Assembly: GCA_964437335.1 (NCBI GenBank)
Contig: CAYTGL010000011.1
Coordinates: forward strand, 6,990 to 70,989
DNA from: an uncultured Chromatiales bacterium
GTDB lineage: Bacteria > Pseudomonadota > Gammaproteobacteria > SZUA-140
Direction of reading: 5' to 3'
DNA: 64,000 nucleotides
Below the pieces are notes generated by a model, which was not told where the DNA came from, did no database searches, and saw only the letters and a program-made list of their open reading frames with translations. Both the position numbers and the translations under genes were made by a program. This document shows, piece by piece, positions 49,107 through 59,144 of the stretch; the first letter of the stretch is position 1; each line of letters starts with the position of its first letter.

Positions 49107-50924
49107 TCAATCAGTCTGATCAATTTCATTTTCTCGATGCCGATAGACGCTCATTTTCGAGCAACCCACCTTTTCGGCGATCTCGGCGGGCGACATTCCT
49201 CCTTTTGATAGTCGGCGGATTTGCTTGATCTGTCGAATGTTGAGGCCACCACCTCCCAGCTTTCGCTCCACCGGAAATGGATCGTCAGGGGTGGCGTCGA
49301 AGACCGGTTTGAGCTTTTCTTGCAGCCATTGGAGAGCCCTGAAGACGTTTCCAAACGGCTTGTTCGTGTAGCACTCGATCAGGCTCTTGCTGCCCAGCGG
49401 AGATCCGTGTCCAAGAAAGATTTCTGAGATCTCGCCTCCAAACTCTTCACGTATCCAATTGGAAGCTGTGTCACGCAACGCCTCTTGGGGCAGTCGTGGA
49501 AACTCAGGCTCAGCGGTCTCGACACGGTCGAGAAGCCGATTCCACATATTTGTTAATTGATGATTTGGATTCCCGCCCTTGGTCGGCTTTGTGAATGAGT
49601 GCCCAGCTTCATTGAGCAGTGCGATGGACGTGGAACGAAATGGAATCTCACCTGTGGTTCCGTCTGCTCTCTTGACGAGTGTTCGCTTGCGTCGTCGATC
49701 GAGTACCCACTCCATGCCCTGAACGGTCAGAGGCCAAAGCAGCCATTCGGCGTATACCTCGGTCTTTGTCCTGATCCGCCGCACGAATGAATCGTCCTCG
49801 GTGAAGTCAAAAGCAATATACTGCGCATATGGGTGCTTTTGACGTAGCGTAATCTCGCCCACCCGCAACGTGGCACATTCCATTCGCTTGAAACCGAGAT
49901 TCAAGCCGCAGAGCAACAAAAACCGCTCAAATGGAACGGCGAACTCATTAAGCGTCTTGAGTTGTTCGACGGTGTAAGTGCGGACTTGCTGGGACGGAGC
50001 AGTTACAGGTGCAGACTTGTCTTTGTTCGACTTTCGGATCGCTAACTTCAACTCATCGAAATCGGTCGGCTTTTTCCAGTCGAAACGATCTGATTTTGAG
50101 AGCCAGCGCATGAATTCCTTGATTCGCTTGGCGTGCTCACGGCAAGTTTTGACAGCAAGCGGACCCGTGCCGTCTTTACGAGCTGGTCTCTGTCTCCAAA
50201 CCTCAATCATCGCATCGCAGCCATCGAAAGTCAGCTTGGACAGCGGCCAATTCAGTTGGTGGGCATTGAAAGACCGTATTCGCTCAAGTGCCGCCAGGTA
50301 CTTCTGCGCTGTATCGCTCAGACGCTTCTCGGTGAGACCTTCCTCTGGATCAGGGTCAACCAACATTCGAACTCGAATGTGATCGTTTTCATAGGCATCC
50401 AGTGCCTCCTTAACCGTAGCTTCTGTGGGATCATGTCCATTCGAAGCTTGAGCGAAGAACCGCACTTCCTCCATGAGGCCCTCTGAAATGGATGCAACCT
50501 CCTGCGACCCCAATTCGTATGCGTCCTCATCTTCGGGCGCAAAGTGGACGAAGGGAAAAATGTTGCGCCACTTTTCAAGAGTCGTGACGTAGTCGAACCG
50601 ATGCCCCATATGGGGTTCGCCCGATGGACGTGTAATCATGTCCATCGGAATTCGGACGCTTGACTCCCCTTGCTCGAATGCTTTGGCGATGTACAGGGTA
50701 AGCTCGTTCCACTCCGAGTCGCCGAGCGTTTCTACGGCGTAATCCCAAAGCTCCTGGATTCGCTGTTTTCGACGCTCCGATTCCCGCTCATTGGTTGTGA
50801 AGCGGAACTTATGGCCGTCCACCTTCCCGCTCTTCGTAGCCTTTCGTCCTAGCTTGGCGCAATAGCGGCCCGTGGCTTTATCTCGACTCAGCGCCGTTCT
50901 TCGAGACTTGCTGCGTGTAGACAT
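49107..50924 (-). CDS. Large tyrosine integrase (phage-integrase family) with C-terminal HTH
   Basis: Catalytic region ...LRDTASNWIREEFGG...FLGHGSP...YTNKP (R/H/Y residues); C-terminal MSPAEIAEKVGCSKMSVYRH HTH; immediately 3' of the tmRNA gene. Confidence 0.75.
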   Translation of the reverse strand: MSTRSKSRRTALSRDKATGRYCAKLGRKATKSGKVDGHKFRFTTNERESERRKQRIQELWDYAVETLGDSEWNELTLYIAKAFEQGESSVRIPMDMITRPSGEPHMGHRFDYVTTLEKWRNIFPFVHFAPEDEDAYELGSQEVASISEGLMEEVRFFAQASNGHDPTEATVKEALDAYENDHIRVRMLVDPDPEEGLTEKRLSDTAQKYLAALERIRSFNAHQLNWPLSKLTFDGCDAMIEVWRQRPARKDGTGPLAVKTCREHAKRIKEFMRWLSKSDRFDWKKPTDFDELKLAIRKSNKDKSAPVTAPSQQVRTYTVEQLKTLNEFAVPFERFLLLCGLNLGFKRMECATLRVGEITLRQKHPYAQYIAFDFTEDDSFVRRIRTKTEVYAEWLLWPLTVQGMEWVLDRRRKRTLVKRADGTTGEIPFRSTSIALLNEAGHSFTKPTKGGNPNHQLTNMWNRLLDRVETAEPEFPRLPQEALRDTASNWIREEFGGEISEIFLGHGSPLGSKSLIECYTNKPFGNVFRALQWLQEKLKPVFDATPDDPFPVERKLGGGGLNIRQIKQIRRLSKGGMSPAEIAEKVGCSKMSVYRHRENEIDQTD

Positions 50925-51112
50925 GGCACTTCCCTGTCATTGGATGCGCCACACAAAGCGAGTTGGAAGCCCTGTCCCATTATCGGCCCATCCGGGGCAC
51001 TATGGGACTTTTCGAGCCTCTCTATGGGACAAAAAGGCTCGAACTAATGGGACTATCGTCGTGAATCGCCCAGTTTCCAGCTAATTTCTGTGGCAAACTT
51101 AGAGTCAGAAGT

Positions 51113-51152
51113 GCCATAAAAATAGCCACTTGCGTCCAAAAACACAAGTGGC
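51113..51152 (-). terminator. Rho-independent terminator of ssrA
   Basis: On the minus strand, GCCACUUGUG UUUUUGGA CGCAAGUGGC followed by UAUUUUUAUGG, directly after the tmRNA 3' end. Confidence 0.6.
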
Positions 51153-51159
51153 CATTGGA

Positions 51160-51520
51160 TGGAGGCGGCGGGAATCGAACCCGCGTCCCGCGATATTTCA
51201 ATAACAGCCTCTACGCGCGTAGTCGAACTCATTTAAGGTTTCGCCGTTCCACCCCCTGTCGACCGGGTGTTGGATTGGCTAGCCGGGGACGGCTTTTTAG
51301 CCCGGGGCGTTCCCAGCGGTGACCCCAGGCGAGTCGAATTTGACGGCCGGCTTTTGGGTCTCTTCGACGAAGACCCGCAGTCGGGGTTGCCGTTACTAGG
51401 CAGCCAGTGCGAGATTATTCTCGGCAAGTAAAATCGTAGTCAGCTTTTTACGTGGCCAACTGACCAACCACGGCACGCCACTGATACATCAGGCTATCCG
51501 GTCGATACCAGTTCGCCCCC
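51160..51520 (-). ncRNA. ssrA: tmRNA (SsrA), ~361 nt
   Basis: 5' end GGGGGCGAACUGGUAUCGACCGGAU (tmRNA 5' consensus). 3' end GGACGCGGGUUCGAUUCCCGCCGCCUCCA (T-arm plus acceptor). Acceptor stem pairs with G3:U70. Internal tag reading frame GCC GAG AAU AAU CUC GCA CUG GCU GCC UAG UAA gives AENNLALAA**. CCA is not encoded. Confidence 0.85.
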
Positions 51521-51682
51521 TTTACCTTAAGAATAGATGCAACCGCGCTGACGCGCGATCCGTAACCGACCAACTACCTACGCTTAGCCGCGGCGGCTTT
51601 TCGCAAAAATCCGCCCTCGGCCTCCAAAATTCTAATCCCCACGGCTCACAAGGGAAGGGCACGACGGCCTTTCCCAAACAGC

Positions 51683-52162
51683 TCACGTGGTTTCCGTCCC
51701 GTCGGCATCGCCGGGCGCCGGCCAATTGTGGAACCGCCGCAAAGCGTGGCGGACTGTGCTTCGCAACTCTCTTCCGCTAAAAGGCTTAGCAATCACGCGA
51801 AAGGTCTCGAGATCCCGCGCCTCGCGTTCGATATCCGAATCCAGCTCGGCCGACATCAAAATGCAGGGCAGCAACAGGTTGCAACGACGCAGCAGCCGCA
51901 CCACCTCCAAGCCGGTGAGCTTGGGCATGTGCATATCGATCAGGATCACATGGACATCTTGGGTGTTGACAATTTCCAGCGCTTCTTCGCCGTCGCCCGC
52001 CAAATAGGTTCGAAACGCCGGCTCGAAGAGGCCGCGGAGTGTCTCCCGCAGTTCTCGGTCGTCGTCCGAAATCAAGATGGAAGGAAGCTGCAAAGTCATA
52101 ACCCATTCACCCAAAGCCCGTTGGGCAGAGTGCAAGGTGACAGTTTTCTGAACCGTGTTCAA
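51683..52162 (-). CDS. Single-domain response regulator (CheY-like receiver)
   Basis: ILISDDD...VHVILIDMHMPKLTGLEV...AKPF receiver-domain motifs (phospho-acceptor Asp in ILIDMHMP); start possibly at the internal Met at ~52099. Confidence 0.75.
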   Translation of the reverse strand: MNTVQKTVTLHSAQRALGEWVMTLQLPSILISDDDRELRETLRGLFEPAFRTYLAGDGEEALEIVNTQDVHVILIDMHMPKLTGLEVVRLLRRCNLLLPCILMSAELDSDIEREARDLETFRVIAKPFSGRELRSTVRHALRRFHNWPAPGDADGTETT

Positions 52163-52563
52163 TATACTGCAAACACTGCGCCAGACTGCATCTTTAATTC
52201 GAGCCTAATCAGTAAGGCTATACATCGCAAGCTGTTTGTAGCAGGGACACCGTTTTCAACCAAGACAGGATGGGCAGTTTGAGAGTTCTGTGGGGCAGCA
52301 ACTGCGCCGCCTGCTGTCATTTCGGCATCCTGGGCGGCCTCACTCGGCGGGAATTCCAGCAAATCCCAAATTTCTTTCCAAAGATTGCAGTCCAGGTCGC
52401 GAAATGCTGGTTGTGGATGTTGGTGTGGCCTGTCAGGTAGCCCGCGAATCTTGGCCCAGGGCGAAGCGAGCCGCGGGTGGGGGGCAACCAGGGCATGCAA
52501 CAGCCGCAACATCGTTGCTGTTAATTCCAGCGGGGAATGAAGCTTTTCGTGGAGGGAATTCGA

Positions 52564-53367
52564 ATGATTAAGAAGTTTCTAGGATCGGCCGCGTTGCTGC
52601 TGCTGATCGATGGCGTGGTGTTCGGCTTCGGCGGAACGCGGTGGACCTACGACTCGGCCCGCACGGCGCTGGGCATGGGCCGCGATTCCATCCGGCAAAA
52701 TATGCCGATCGGGTTCGAAATCGAACGGGCCAAGCAACAGTTGGCCGATGTTCGCCCCATGATCACCAACCATAAGCACCGGATGCTCGAAGAAGAGGCA
52801 CAACTGGCCATCCTCGATCGCCAGATCACGGCCCAAGAGAAGAAGCTCACCGAAGATCGCGGTGAAATCCTGATTCTCAAGAACGACCTCACCTCGGGCA
52901 AAGAGTCGTTCCGCTACGGCGGCCGGATCTACACCGTGTCCGACGTCAAGCAAGACATGACCCGCCGCTTCGATCGGCTCAAAACCAACGAGGCCACGGT
53001 GGAAAAAATGCGGCAAACGCGCACGGCGCGCGAGCGGCGGTTGGCGGCCCTGCAAGATAAGGTGGCGGCCATGGAAGCCTCCGTCCGGCAGATGGATGCC
53101 GAAGTCGGCAATCTCGAAGCCCAATTGCAACTCGTCGAAGCAGCCGAGGCGGGATGCGAGTATAATTTGGACGATAGCCCGCTCAGCCGACTCAAATCCC
53201 TCATGGCCGATCTCCAAACCCGCGTGGAAGTTCGGGCACGGATGGCCGACAGCGAGGTCGACGCTTATCAAGAGATCCCGGTCGGGGCGAGCCATTCCGA
53301 CAGCATTGTGGACGAAGTCACTCAATACTTCGAAAACAACCACGGTCAGGTTGTGCTCTCGAATTAG
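52564..53367 (+). CDS. Membrane-anchored coiled-coil protein
   Basis: N-terminal TM (FLGSAALLLLIDGVVFGF), then long heptad-rich region; start at the second Met of ORF 52537. Confidence 0.55.
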   Translation: MIKKFLGSAALLLLIDGVVFGFGGTRWTYDSARTALGMGRDSIRQNMPIGFEIERAKQQLADVRPMITNHKHRMLEEEAQLAILDRQITAQEKKLTEDRGEILILKNDLTSGKESFRYGGRIYTVSDVKQDMTRRFDRLKTNEATVEKMRQTRTARERRLAALQDKVAAMEASVRQMDAEVGNLEAQLQLVEAAEAGCEYNLDDSPLSRLKSLMADLQTRVEVRARMADSEVDAYQEIPVGASHSDSIVDEVTQYFENNHGQVVLSN

Positions 53368-53542
53368 ATCGACCCACAAGTACCAAAGTATCGAACGCAA
53401 AGGCACGATCACGCCAGGCAACCGCAGCGATTGGGGTTGTCTGGCGTGTGAAGCCATCCGCGGTTTGGGGGCTGGACGGCGGCCGCGGAGAGGCAATTTC
53501 GCTGGTCCACAGGTCACACGGTTTTCCGCTGGCACGAGATCG

Positions 53543-55147
53543 ATGATGCTCCAGTCTTGGCGAATCAAGATCAAAGAAGTCGAAGCCGCCATGCAAGCGC
53601 AGCGGCTCGATGAAGCCCAAGCGTTGCTGCAGGAGGGCGATCTGATCAGCTTTGCGCCCGCCAAGCGTTTGCTCTCCAAGCTGGGCAAGTTGTTCATTAA
53701 ACGCGGCAGCGAGCAAACCCGGTTGGGCAACACCGCCGCCGGTTGGCACGACCTGCGGGCTGCCCGGCAGGCCGGCGCGTTGCCCAAGCAACTGCAACCC
53801 TTGCAAGAGGCGCTGGCCCAACGCTCGCTAACCGAAGCCAATGCCGCCTTGGCCGCGTTGAATATCGATGCGGCTGCCGAAGCGGTGCGCCTGTTGGATC
53901 GTCGGGGCGTCGACAGTGAGCCGTTTCGGCAGTTGAAGCAAGTCGTGGGGCTCTTGGAGTCCGCTCGCGGACAGATCGAATGCGGCCGATTCGGGGCTGC
54001 CGCCGGCGCGGTGGAAACCGCGGCCCGCCTGCGGAGCGATTTAGCCTCGCTCACCAGGTGGCGATGGCAAATTCAAAAAGATTTGCAGGCCTGGCAGGCG
54101 TTGCGCGGGCAACTTTTTGTCGCCTGGGAGAAAGCCGATTGGGCCGGGGTACTAATTCCGGCCGACCAAATGCTGGCCATGGCGCCCCGCGAGGCCCACA
54201 CCTTGCAAATGCGAAATCACGCGTGGGATCGGCTGAAAAGTCACTCGCCAACCGCCACTTACCCTGTGCATGGTTTTCCGCAAATTGCCGCGGCCGAATC
54301 GCACCAGCAGCCCAACTCCAAACCAAACATGCGCAGCGCCCATCAACCACCAAACCAGCGAGGCCTATTCAACGACCGTGGCCCAAACGGCCATCTCTTG
54401 AATGGCAACGGCGGCCTCCCCCGTTCACCGCGGATTCAACCCGACCTGGGGCAAATTCGCCTCGCCTCGGTGGGCGCCCGGCGTTCGTTGTCGGCCGCGG
54501 CCTCGCCAGCCGCGCCGGAGAAACCGCCAGCGGGCAAGCGGTTCGTGATTTGGGTCGATGGCGTCGGCGGGTTTCTCGTGTGCGAGGGGAACGAAGTCAC
54601 GCTGGGCCAGCCCGTGGCCGGTGTCGATATTCCCATCCTGGCCGACCTGTCCCGCCAGCACGCCGTGATTCGCCGTTCGGGCGAAGGCTACCTGCTCGAT
54701 CCCCGCCGCGAGGCCCGTGTCAACGGCCGCCAGGTCAGCGCCGTAACCATGCTCGGCAGCGGCAGCGAGCTAAGATTGGGGGCGGGCGTCACCTTGCGAT
54801 TCAGCCGGCCCAATTCGCTCAGTCACAGCGCGCGGCTCGATTTTGTCAGCCGGCATCGCACCCAGCCAGCCGTCGATGGCGTGCTGTTGATGGCCGATTG
54901 CCTGATTCTGGGCGCAGGGCCGAATTGCCATGTGCATTGTCCGCGCTGGCCGCGGCAAGTGATGCTGTTTTACCAGCAAGGCCAATTGTGCTGCCGTAGC
55001 GAGGGGCCTTTGGAAATTGACGGGAAGTTGCTCGCCCCAGGGAAAAACGGCGGTTGCCAAACCGTTATTCATCGCGGGGCTCGCATTGAAACAGACGCCT
55101 TCGCGTTGGTTCTGGAGGAATTGGCCGACCTGCCGGCGGGTTCTTGA
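53543..55147 (+). CDS. FHA-domain protein
   Basis: FVIWVDGVGGFLVCEGNEVTLGQ...DIPILADLSRQHAVIRRSGEGYLLDPRREARVNGRQV is an FHA fold signature; start taken at MMLQSW (the upstream part of ORF 53096 overlaps the previous gene out of frame). Confidence 0.65.
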   Translation: MMLQSWRIKIKEVEAAMQAQRLDEAQALLQEGDLISFAPAKRLLSKLGKLFIKRGSEQTRLGNTAAGWHDLRAARQAGALPKQLQPLQEALAQRSLTEANAALAALNIDAAAEAVRLLDRRGVDSEPFRQLKQVVGLLESARGQIECGRFGAAAGAVETAARLRSDLASLTRWRWQIQKDLQAWQALRGQLFVAWEKADWAGVLIPADQMLAMAPREAHTLQMRNHAWDRLKSHSPTATYPVHGFPQIAAAESHQQPNSKPNMRSAHQPPNQRGLFNDRGPNGHLLNGNGGLPRSPRIQPDLGQIRLASVGARRSLSAAASPAAPEKPPAGKRFVIWVDGVGGFLVCEGNEVTLGQPVAGVDIPILADLSRQHAVIRRSGEGYLLDPRREARVNGRQVSAVTMLGSGSELRLGAGVTLRFSRPNSLSHSARLDFVSRHRTQPAVDGVLLMADCLILGAGPNCHVHCPRWPRQVMLFYQQGQLCCRSEGPLEIDGKLLAPGKNGGCQTVIHRGARIETDAFALVLEELADLPAGS

Positions 55148-55171
55148 ATGCCGTAGCGGTCTCGATAGAGA

Positions 55172-57286
55172 ATGGTAAACATGATGAACCTGCGAGCCAC
55201 CACCACCGAAGAGCCTCGGGAGCCGATGGGCGCCGCCACGCGGTTCACCTATCCCGGCGGTTCGCGGCCACTCAGCGGCTACACCATCAAACGCGCCGTC
55301 GGCCAGGGGGGCTTTGGCGAGGTGTATTACGCCACCAGCGATGGCGGCAAAGAAGTCGCCCTCAAGCTGATCCGCCGCAATCTCGATGTCGAGCTGCGGG
55401 GAGTCTCGCACTGTCTGAACCTCAAGCACCCCAACCTGGTCGATCTGTTCGACGTCCGCCGCGACGACCGCGACGACGCCTGGGTCATCATGGAGTTTGT
55501 CCGCGGCAAAAGCCTCGAAGACAGCATCGCCGCCCACCCCCAAGGCATGCCCACCCCCGACGTGCTGCGGTGGTTCCTGGCCGTGGCCTCGGGCGTGGCC
55601 TACCTCCACGACCAGGGCATCGTGCATCGCGATCTCAAGCCGGCCAACATCTTCGATGACCAAGGCGCCATCAAAATTGGCGACTATGGCCTCAGCAAAT
55701 TCATCTCCTCCAGCCGACGCAGCGGGCAAACCGAAAGCGTGGGCACCGTGCATTACATGGCCCCCGAAATCGCCAACGGGCGCTACGGCAAAGAAATCGA
55801 TATCTACGCCCTGGGCGTGATGCTCTACGAAATGCTCACCGGAAACGTGCCCTTTGAAGGCGAAAGCGTGGGCGAGGTGCTCATGAAGCATCTCACCGCC
55901 GAACCCAACGTGCAGGGCCTACCCACGGCATTTCGCCCAGTGGTGGCCCGAGCACTGACCAAAGACCCCGAAAAGCGGTTTTCCACCGTGGCCGAAATGC
56001 TCACGGCGATGGCGGCCGGCGGATTGCCGGTGGATCGCGCCCTGACAGAAATGAGCGCGCGCGGCGAAGCGTTGCCGCCCAGCGCGCCCTCGGGGCAAGC
56101 TCCCGATAGCAGCGCGGTTCCACCCCAACGGCCGGGCCGCATGGTCTCGCCGCCGCCCGCCGCGAGACCGCCATCCGCGCAGCCAACCACACCACCGCTA
56201 CAACAAGAACCGGTTTGGAACGTGGTTCGCAACGCCACGTACGGCGTTGTGCAAGCCTGGAAGACGACCGACCTGCCGACGCCGCTGAAGGTGTTGATTC
56301 TGTTCGCCTCGTTTGGCGTGCTGGTGCTGTTCGCGCCCATGTGGTTCACGTTGGTTACTTCGCTGCTGGTGTTGTACGCCGTTTACTTTGTGATTCGGGC
56401 AGGCGTGCTGGGCGTGCGGCAGGGTATGGCGCGAGGGCAGTCGCCGCTGGGCGGTTGGTCTCCACCCCCCGCGCCCATTCCAGGTCAGCTCGTGGGGTCG
56501 CCGCCAACCGTGCCGGTGGGAAGTTTCGCCGCGGACAAGCCGATTGCCGGCGTGGCGGCGGCTCAGCAAGTGGCCAGTCCTTCCGCGCAGCCTCAGCGGG
56601 CCAAGCGTCGCTGGAACGCAACGCCGGGCTCGGCCTTACTGCCGCCGCGCGGCGTGCGCGAACGCATCACCGAACTGCTCGGCTCGCTGGCTCTGGGCGC
56701 CGTCGTCGCCACGGCCGTGAGCCTGATCCTGGTGCTGCTGCTCGGCAACCGCAGCCAGGTGGAACAATGCGTGTGGTTGGCGCTGGTAGGCGTAACGGGA
56801 ACGTGGGCTCTGCTTATCGCCGGCAAGTTTTGGGAAGGCCGCGCAGGCGAGCCCATCGTGCGGCGGTTTGTGCTGCTGCTGATTGGTTTAGGCATCGGTC
56901 TGGCGGCTTACGGCGTGGACCAGGCCCTGCTGGTCGATCTGCCGATCACCTCGCGGGACTTCCAATCCGAGCATCAGCCCAACTCGTTCGAAGCGGCCGA
57001 ATTGTTTTCCGCGGGCCAGCCGAACTTGAAACTATACCTGGCCTACTTTGGGTTCCTGTTCCCCGTGCTGCGGTGGTGGAAGATGGTCGACCCGGCCCGC
57101 TGGACGCGGTTCAGCATCCTCTCCACGCTGCTATGCGTGGGCTGGGCGCTGGTGCTCTGGCTGGCCTGGCCCTTCCCGCAAGCCTGGGGAATCATGGCGG
57201 CTTGCACGATCGCCGTCTCGGTGCAACTGGCCAGCCCCTGGGTGGGCGAACCAAACCGCCGCGCCGCCCGTGCTCAATCCGCATAA
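55172..57286 (+). CDS. Hanks-type Ser/Thr protein kinase with C-terminal multi-pass membrane region
   Basis: GQGGFGEVY (Gly loop), AVK-equivalent VALK, HRDLKPANI (catalytic loop), DYG (DFG-equivalent), YMAPE; C-terminal half hydrophobic. Confidence 0.85.
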   Translation: MVNMMNLRATTTEEPREPMGAATRFTYPGGSRPLSGYTIKRAVGQGGFGEVYYATSDGGKEVALKLIRRNLDVELRGVSHCLNLKHPNLVDLFDVRRDDRDDAWVIMEFVRGKSLEDSIAAHPQGMPTPDVLRWFLAVASGVAYLHDQGIVHRDLKPANIFDDQGAIKIGDYGLSKFISSSRRSGQTESVGTVHYMAPEIANGRYGKEIDIYALGVMLYEMLTGNVPFEGESVGEVLMKHLTAEPNVQGLPTAFRPVVARALTKDPEKRFSTVAEMLTAMAAGGLPVDRALTEMSARGEALPPSAPSGQAPDSSAVPPQRPGRMVSPPPAARPPSAQPTTPPLQQEPVWNVVRNATYGVVQAWKTTDLPTPLKVLILFASFGVLVLFAPMWFTLVTSLLVLYAVYFVIRAGVLGVRQGMARGQSPLGGWSPPPAPIPGQLVGSPPTVPVGSFAADKPIAGVAAAQQVASPSAQPQRAKRRWNATPGSALLPPRGVRERITELLGSLALGAVVATAVSLILVLLLGNRSQVEQCVWLALVGVTGTWALLIAGKFWEGRAGEPIVRRFVLLLIGLGIGLAAYGVDQALLVDLPITSRDFQSEHQPNSFEAAELFSAGQPNLKLYLAYFGFLFPVLRWWKMVDPARWTRFSILSTLLCVGWALVLWLAWPFPQAWGIMAACTIAVSVQLASPWVGEPNRRAARAQSA

Positions 57287-57333
57287 AATCGAGGATTAAT
57301 GAACTTCCCGATGATTTCGTCATTCCCGCGCGA

Positions 57334-57372
57334 ACCTCGTCATTCCCGCGAAGGCGGGAATCCAGACGCGGC
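57334..57372. repeat. Short palindromic element GTCATTCCCGCGAAGGCGGGAATCCAG (ATTCCC-N8-GGGAAT), with a half copy just upstream
   Basis: Same core recurs at ~58958..59023 (two cores), 60375..60402 and 62877..62904. Confidence 0.6.
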
Positions 57373-57504
57373 GGATACGACACTTCAATCACCATCGGCC
57401 CGGATCGTGATTGATGAATCGGCACGTTATTCATCGTCGCCTACCTACCCTTTAAGAGTCCATTACGCCCGAGCATCATTTGCCCGAGCATAAGGAACAC
57501 TGAG

Positions 57505-58932
57505 ATGCACGAGATCCTCTTCGACGCCGAGCAAGCCAACGCCGCCTCGCCGCTCCGGGGAAGCGCCGTGCAAGCCCTGCACGACTTTGGTCTGCCGGGT
57601 ATCGTGCTGCTGATCCTGGCCTCGGGCGTGCTGATCTATGCCTTCACGCGCAACGTCCGCCTGGCGATTTCGGCCACGCTGGCTGGCTCGTTCATGCTCG
57701 TCGCCTCGGGCTGGGTGTTTCAGTTGGCGCGCGCACCTCAAACGGCCATGGTCGAGCTTCCCCAGGGTGGCACCGTTCAAGTGTGGCCCGAAGAACCGCG
57801 TCATCAAATCGAGATTCCCCCAGCCGCCGCCGCGCCCAGCGAGGGCCTCCTCAAACTTACACTGGCCACCGAATCACCCGACCTGGTGATCTACACCGTG
57901 GCGGGTTCCCAGAGAGCCGAGGCCGCGGCGGCCATCGACCAACTGGTGGGAGCCGCGGGCCAAGGCTACAAGTTTTCGGCAGCCCACGCGGGCGATCAAC
58001 GCATTTATACACGCACGCAAACGGATCAAACCTTACGATCGTTCACGCTCACGCCCCGCTCGGTGGAACTGCAATTCGCCAAGCCGCCGACCAAGGAACA
58101 GTTGGCGGCCATTGACGCCGTGATTGAGCCACTGGCCGAAACGTGGAAGCTCACGCAGAAAAGCGGCTGGACCGGCCAGGGTACAATCCGAACCCAACAA
58201 CTGGCCAGCCAGGGAAGCGACGCCACCAGCCTTGCCTCCGGCTCGATGGCGAGCGGTTCAAGTGCTACCCGCGCCAATGGCAATGTTGCCGTGGACGATG
58301 CCGTCAACGTTGCCGTGGACGATAAGCTTTGGCTAGCAACGGCGAGGGCTGCTTCACGAGGTGCGTCCCCAGGCAAGCCGGCTTCGCAAGAGTGGATTCG
58401 TATGGCCGATCAGCCCGGCCGCATGGTCGAAGGCGCCTATGTCAAGGTGGCCAGCAGCGGCCGGTTTCTCTTGGCGCACGAATGCCAGCCTTCGCTGCAA
58501 GCGGCCATCGCCAACGAGGTTCGCAACTATGTGGGCCTCCGCTTGGGGACGAAAGCCGAACAGCGCATCGATGTGCCGAGGGAATGGATCGAATCGCACG
58601 TGGTCAAAGCCGGCCCCCTGGAGCAAGACGTAGCCAGCGCCACGGTCGATGGCGGCGGCAAACGGCTGCATGCCCTGCTCGTGTTTGATCAGCGAGCTCA
58701 AGAAGACCTCAAAGCCATGCTGCGCGACCGGCAGGTGCAAAACCGCAGTCTCTTCGCCATGCTGGTCCTCGGTGGCCTGGTATCGGTTTTCGGCGGCGTG
58801 TTCGGATACTTGAAAGTGGATACGGCAACCAAGGGCTACTACTCCGCCCGGTTGAAGTTCGCCCTGGCGGCGACGCTTTTTTTGGTTTCGGCGGCGATAG
58901 TTTGGGCGGTGAGGAGCGACCTGTTTTGGTAG
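57505..58932 (+). CDS. Hypothetical membrane protein (475 aa)
   Basis: N- and C-terminal TM helices; Ala/Gln-rich middle. Confidence 0.5.
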   Translation: MHEILFDAEQANAASPLRGSAVQALHDFGLPGIVLLILASGVLIYAFTRNVRLAISATLAGSFMLVASGWVFQLARAPQTAMVELPQGGTVQVWPEEPRHQIEIPPAAAAPSEGLLKLTLATESPDLVIYTVAGSQRAEAAAAIDQLVGAAGQGYKFSAAHAGDQRIYTRTQTDQTLRSFTLTPRSVELQFAKPPTKEQLAAIDAVIEPLAETWKLTQKSGWTGQGTIRTQQLASQGSDATSLASGSMASGSSATRANGNVAVDDAVNVAVDDKLWLATARAASRGASPGKPASQEWIRMADQPGRMVEGAYVKVASSGRFLLAHECQPSLQAAIANEVRNYVGLRLGTKAEQRIDVPREWIESHVVKAGPLEQDVASATVDGGGKRLHALLVFDQRAQEDLKAMLRDRQVQNRSLFAMLVLGGLVSVFGGVFGYLKVDTATKGYYSARLKFALAATLFLVSAAIVWAVRSDLFW

Positions 58933-58957
58933 AATTGACCCGTGCGGCCGCGAAGGC

Positions 58958-59023
58958 GGGAGTTTGTCATTCCCGCGAAGCCTGCCCTCGTGAAGACGGG
59001 GGGCGGGAATCCAGGGCGGCGGA
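58958..59023. repeat. Two adjacent copies of the ATTCCCGCGAAG-type palindromic element
   Basis: gtcattcccgcgaagcctgccctcgtgaagacggggggcgggaatccag. Confidence 0.55.
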
Positions 59024-59144
59024 TTGAGCGTGACTATCAGAATCACACCGAACTCAAATTCTGGCCCAGGCAGGTAATTCTTCAACACTTCGCAAAACAG
59101 CCAGACCGCAGGCATCTCCTCAATAAAACCACTCTCAGGTCGCC

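Noticed and set aside
51590-51640. Alternative tmRNA 5' end at GGAGGCCGAGGGCGG
   Set aside because: The acceptor stem would lack the G3:U70 pair. GGGGGCGAACUGGUAUCGACCGG at 51520 gives a canonical 7-bp stem with G3:U70 and the conserved UCGAC box.
53096-53542. N-terminal 149 codons of ORF 53096..55147
   Set aside because: Overlaps the preceding coiled-coil gene in another frame and is basic and low-complexity; the FHA protein more likely starts at MMLQSW (53543).
52579-54054. 491-aa minus-strand ORF and 54770..55891 373-aa minus-strand ORF
   Set aside because: Antisense to the coiled-coil/FHA genes and to the kinase gene in 65% GC DNA; Arg/Ala/Pro-rich translations typical of spurious high-GC ORFs.
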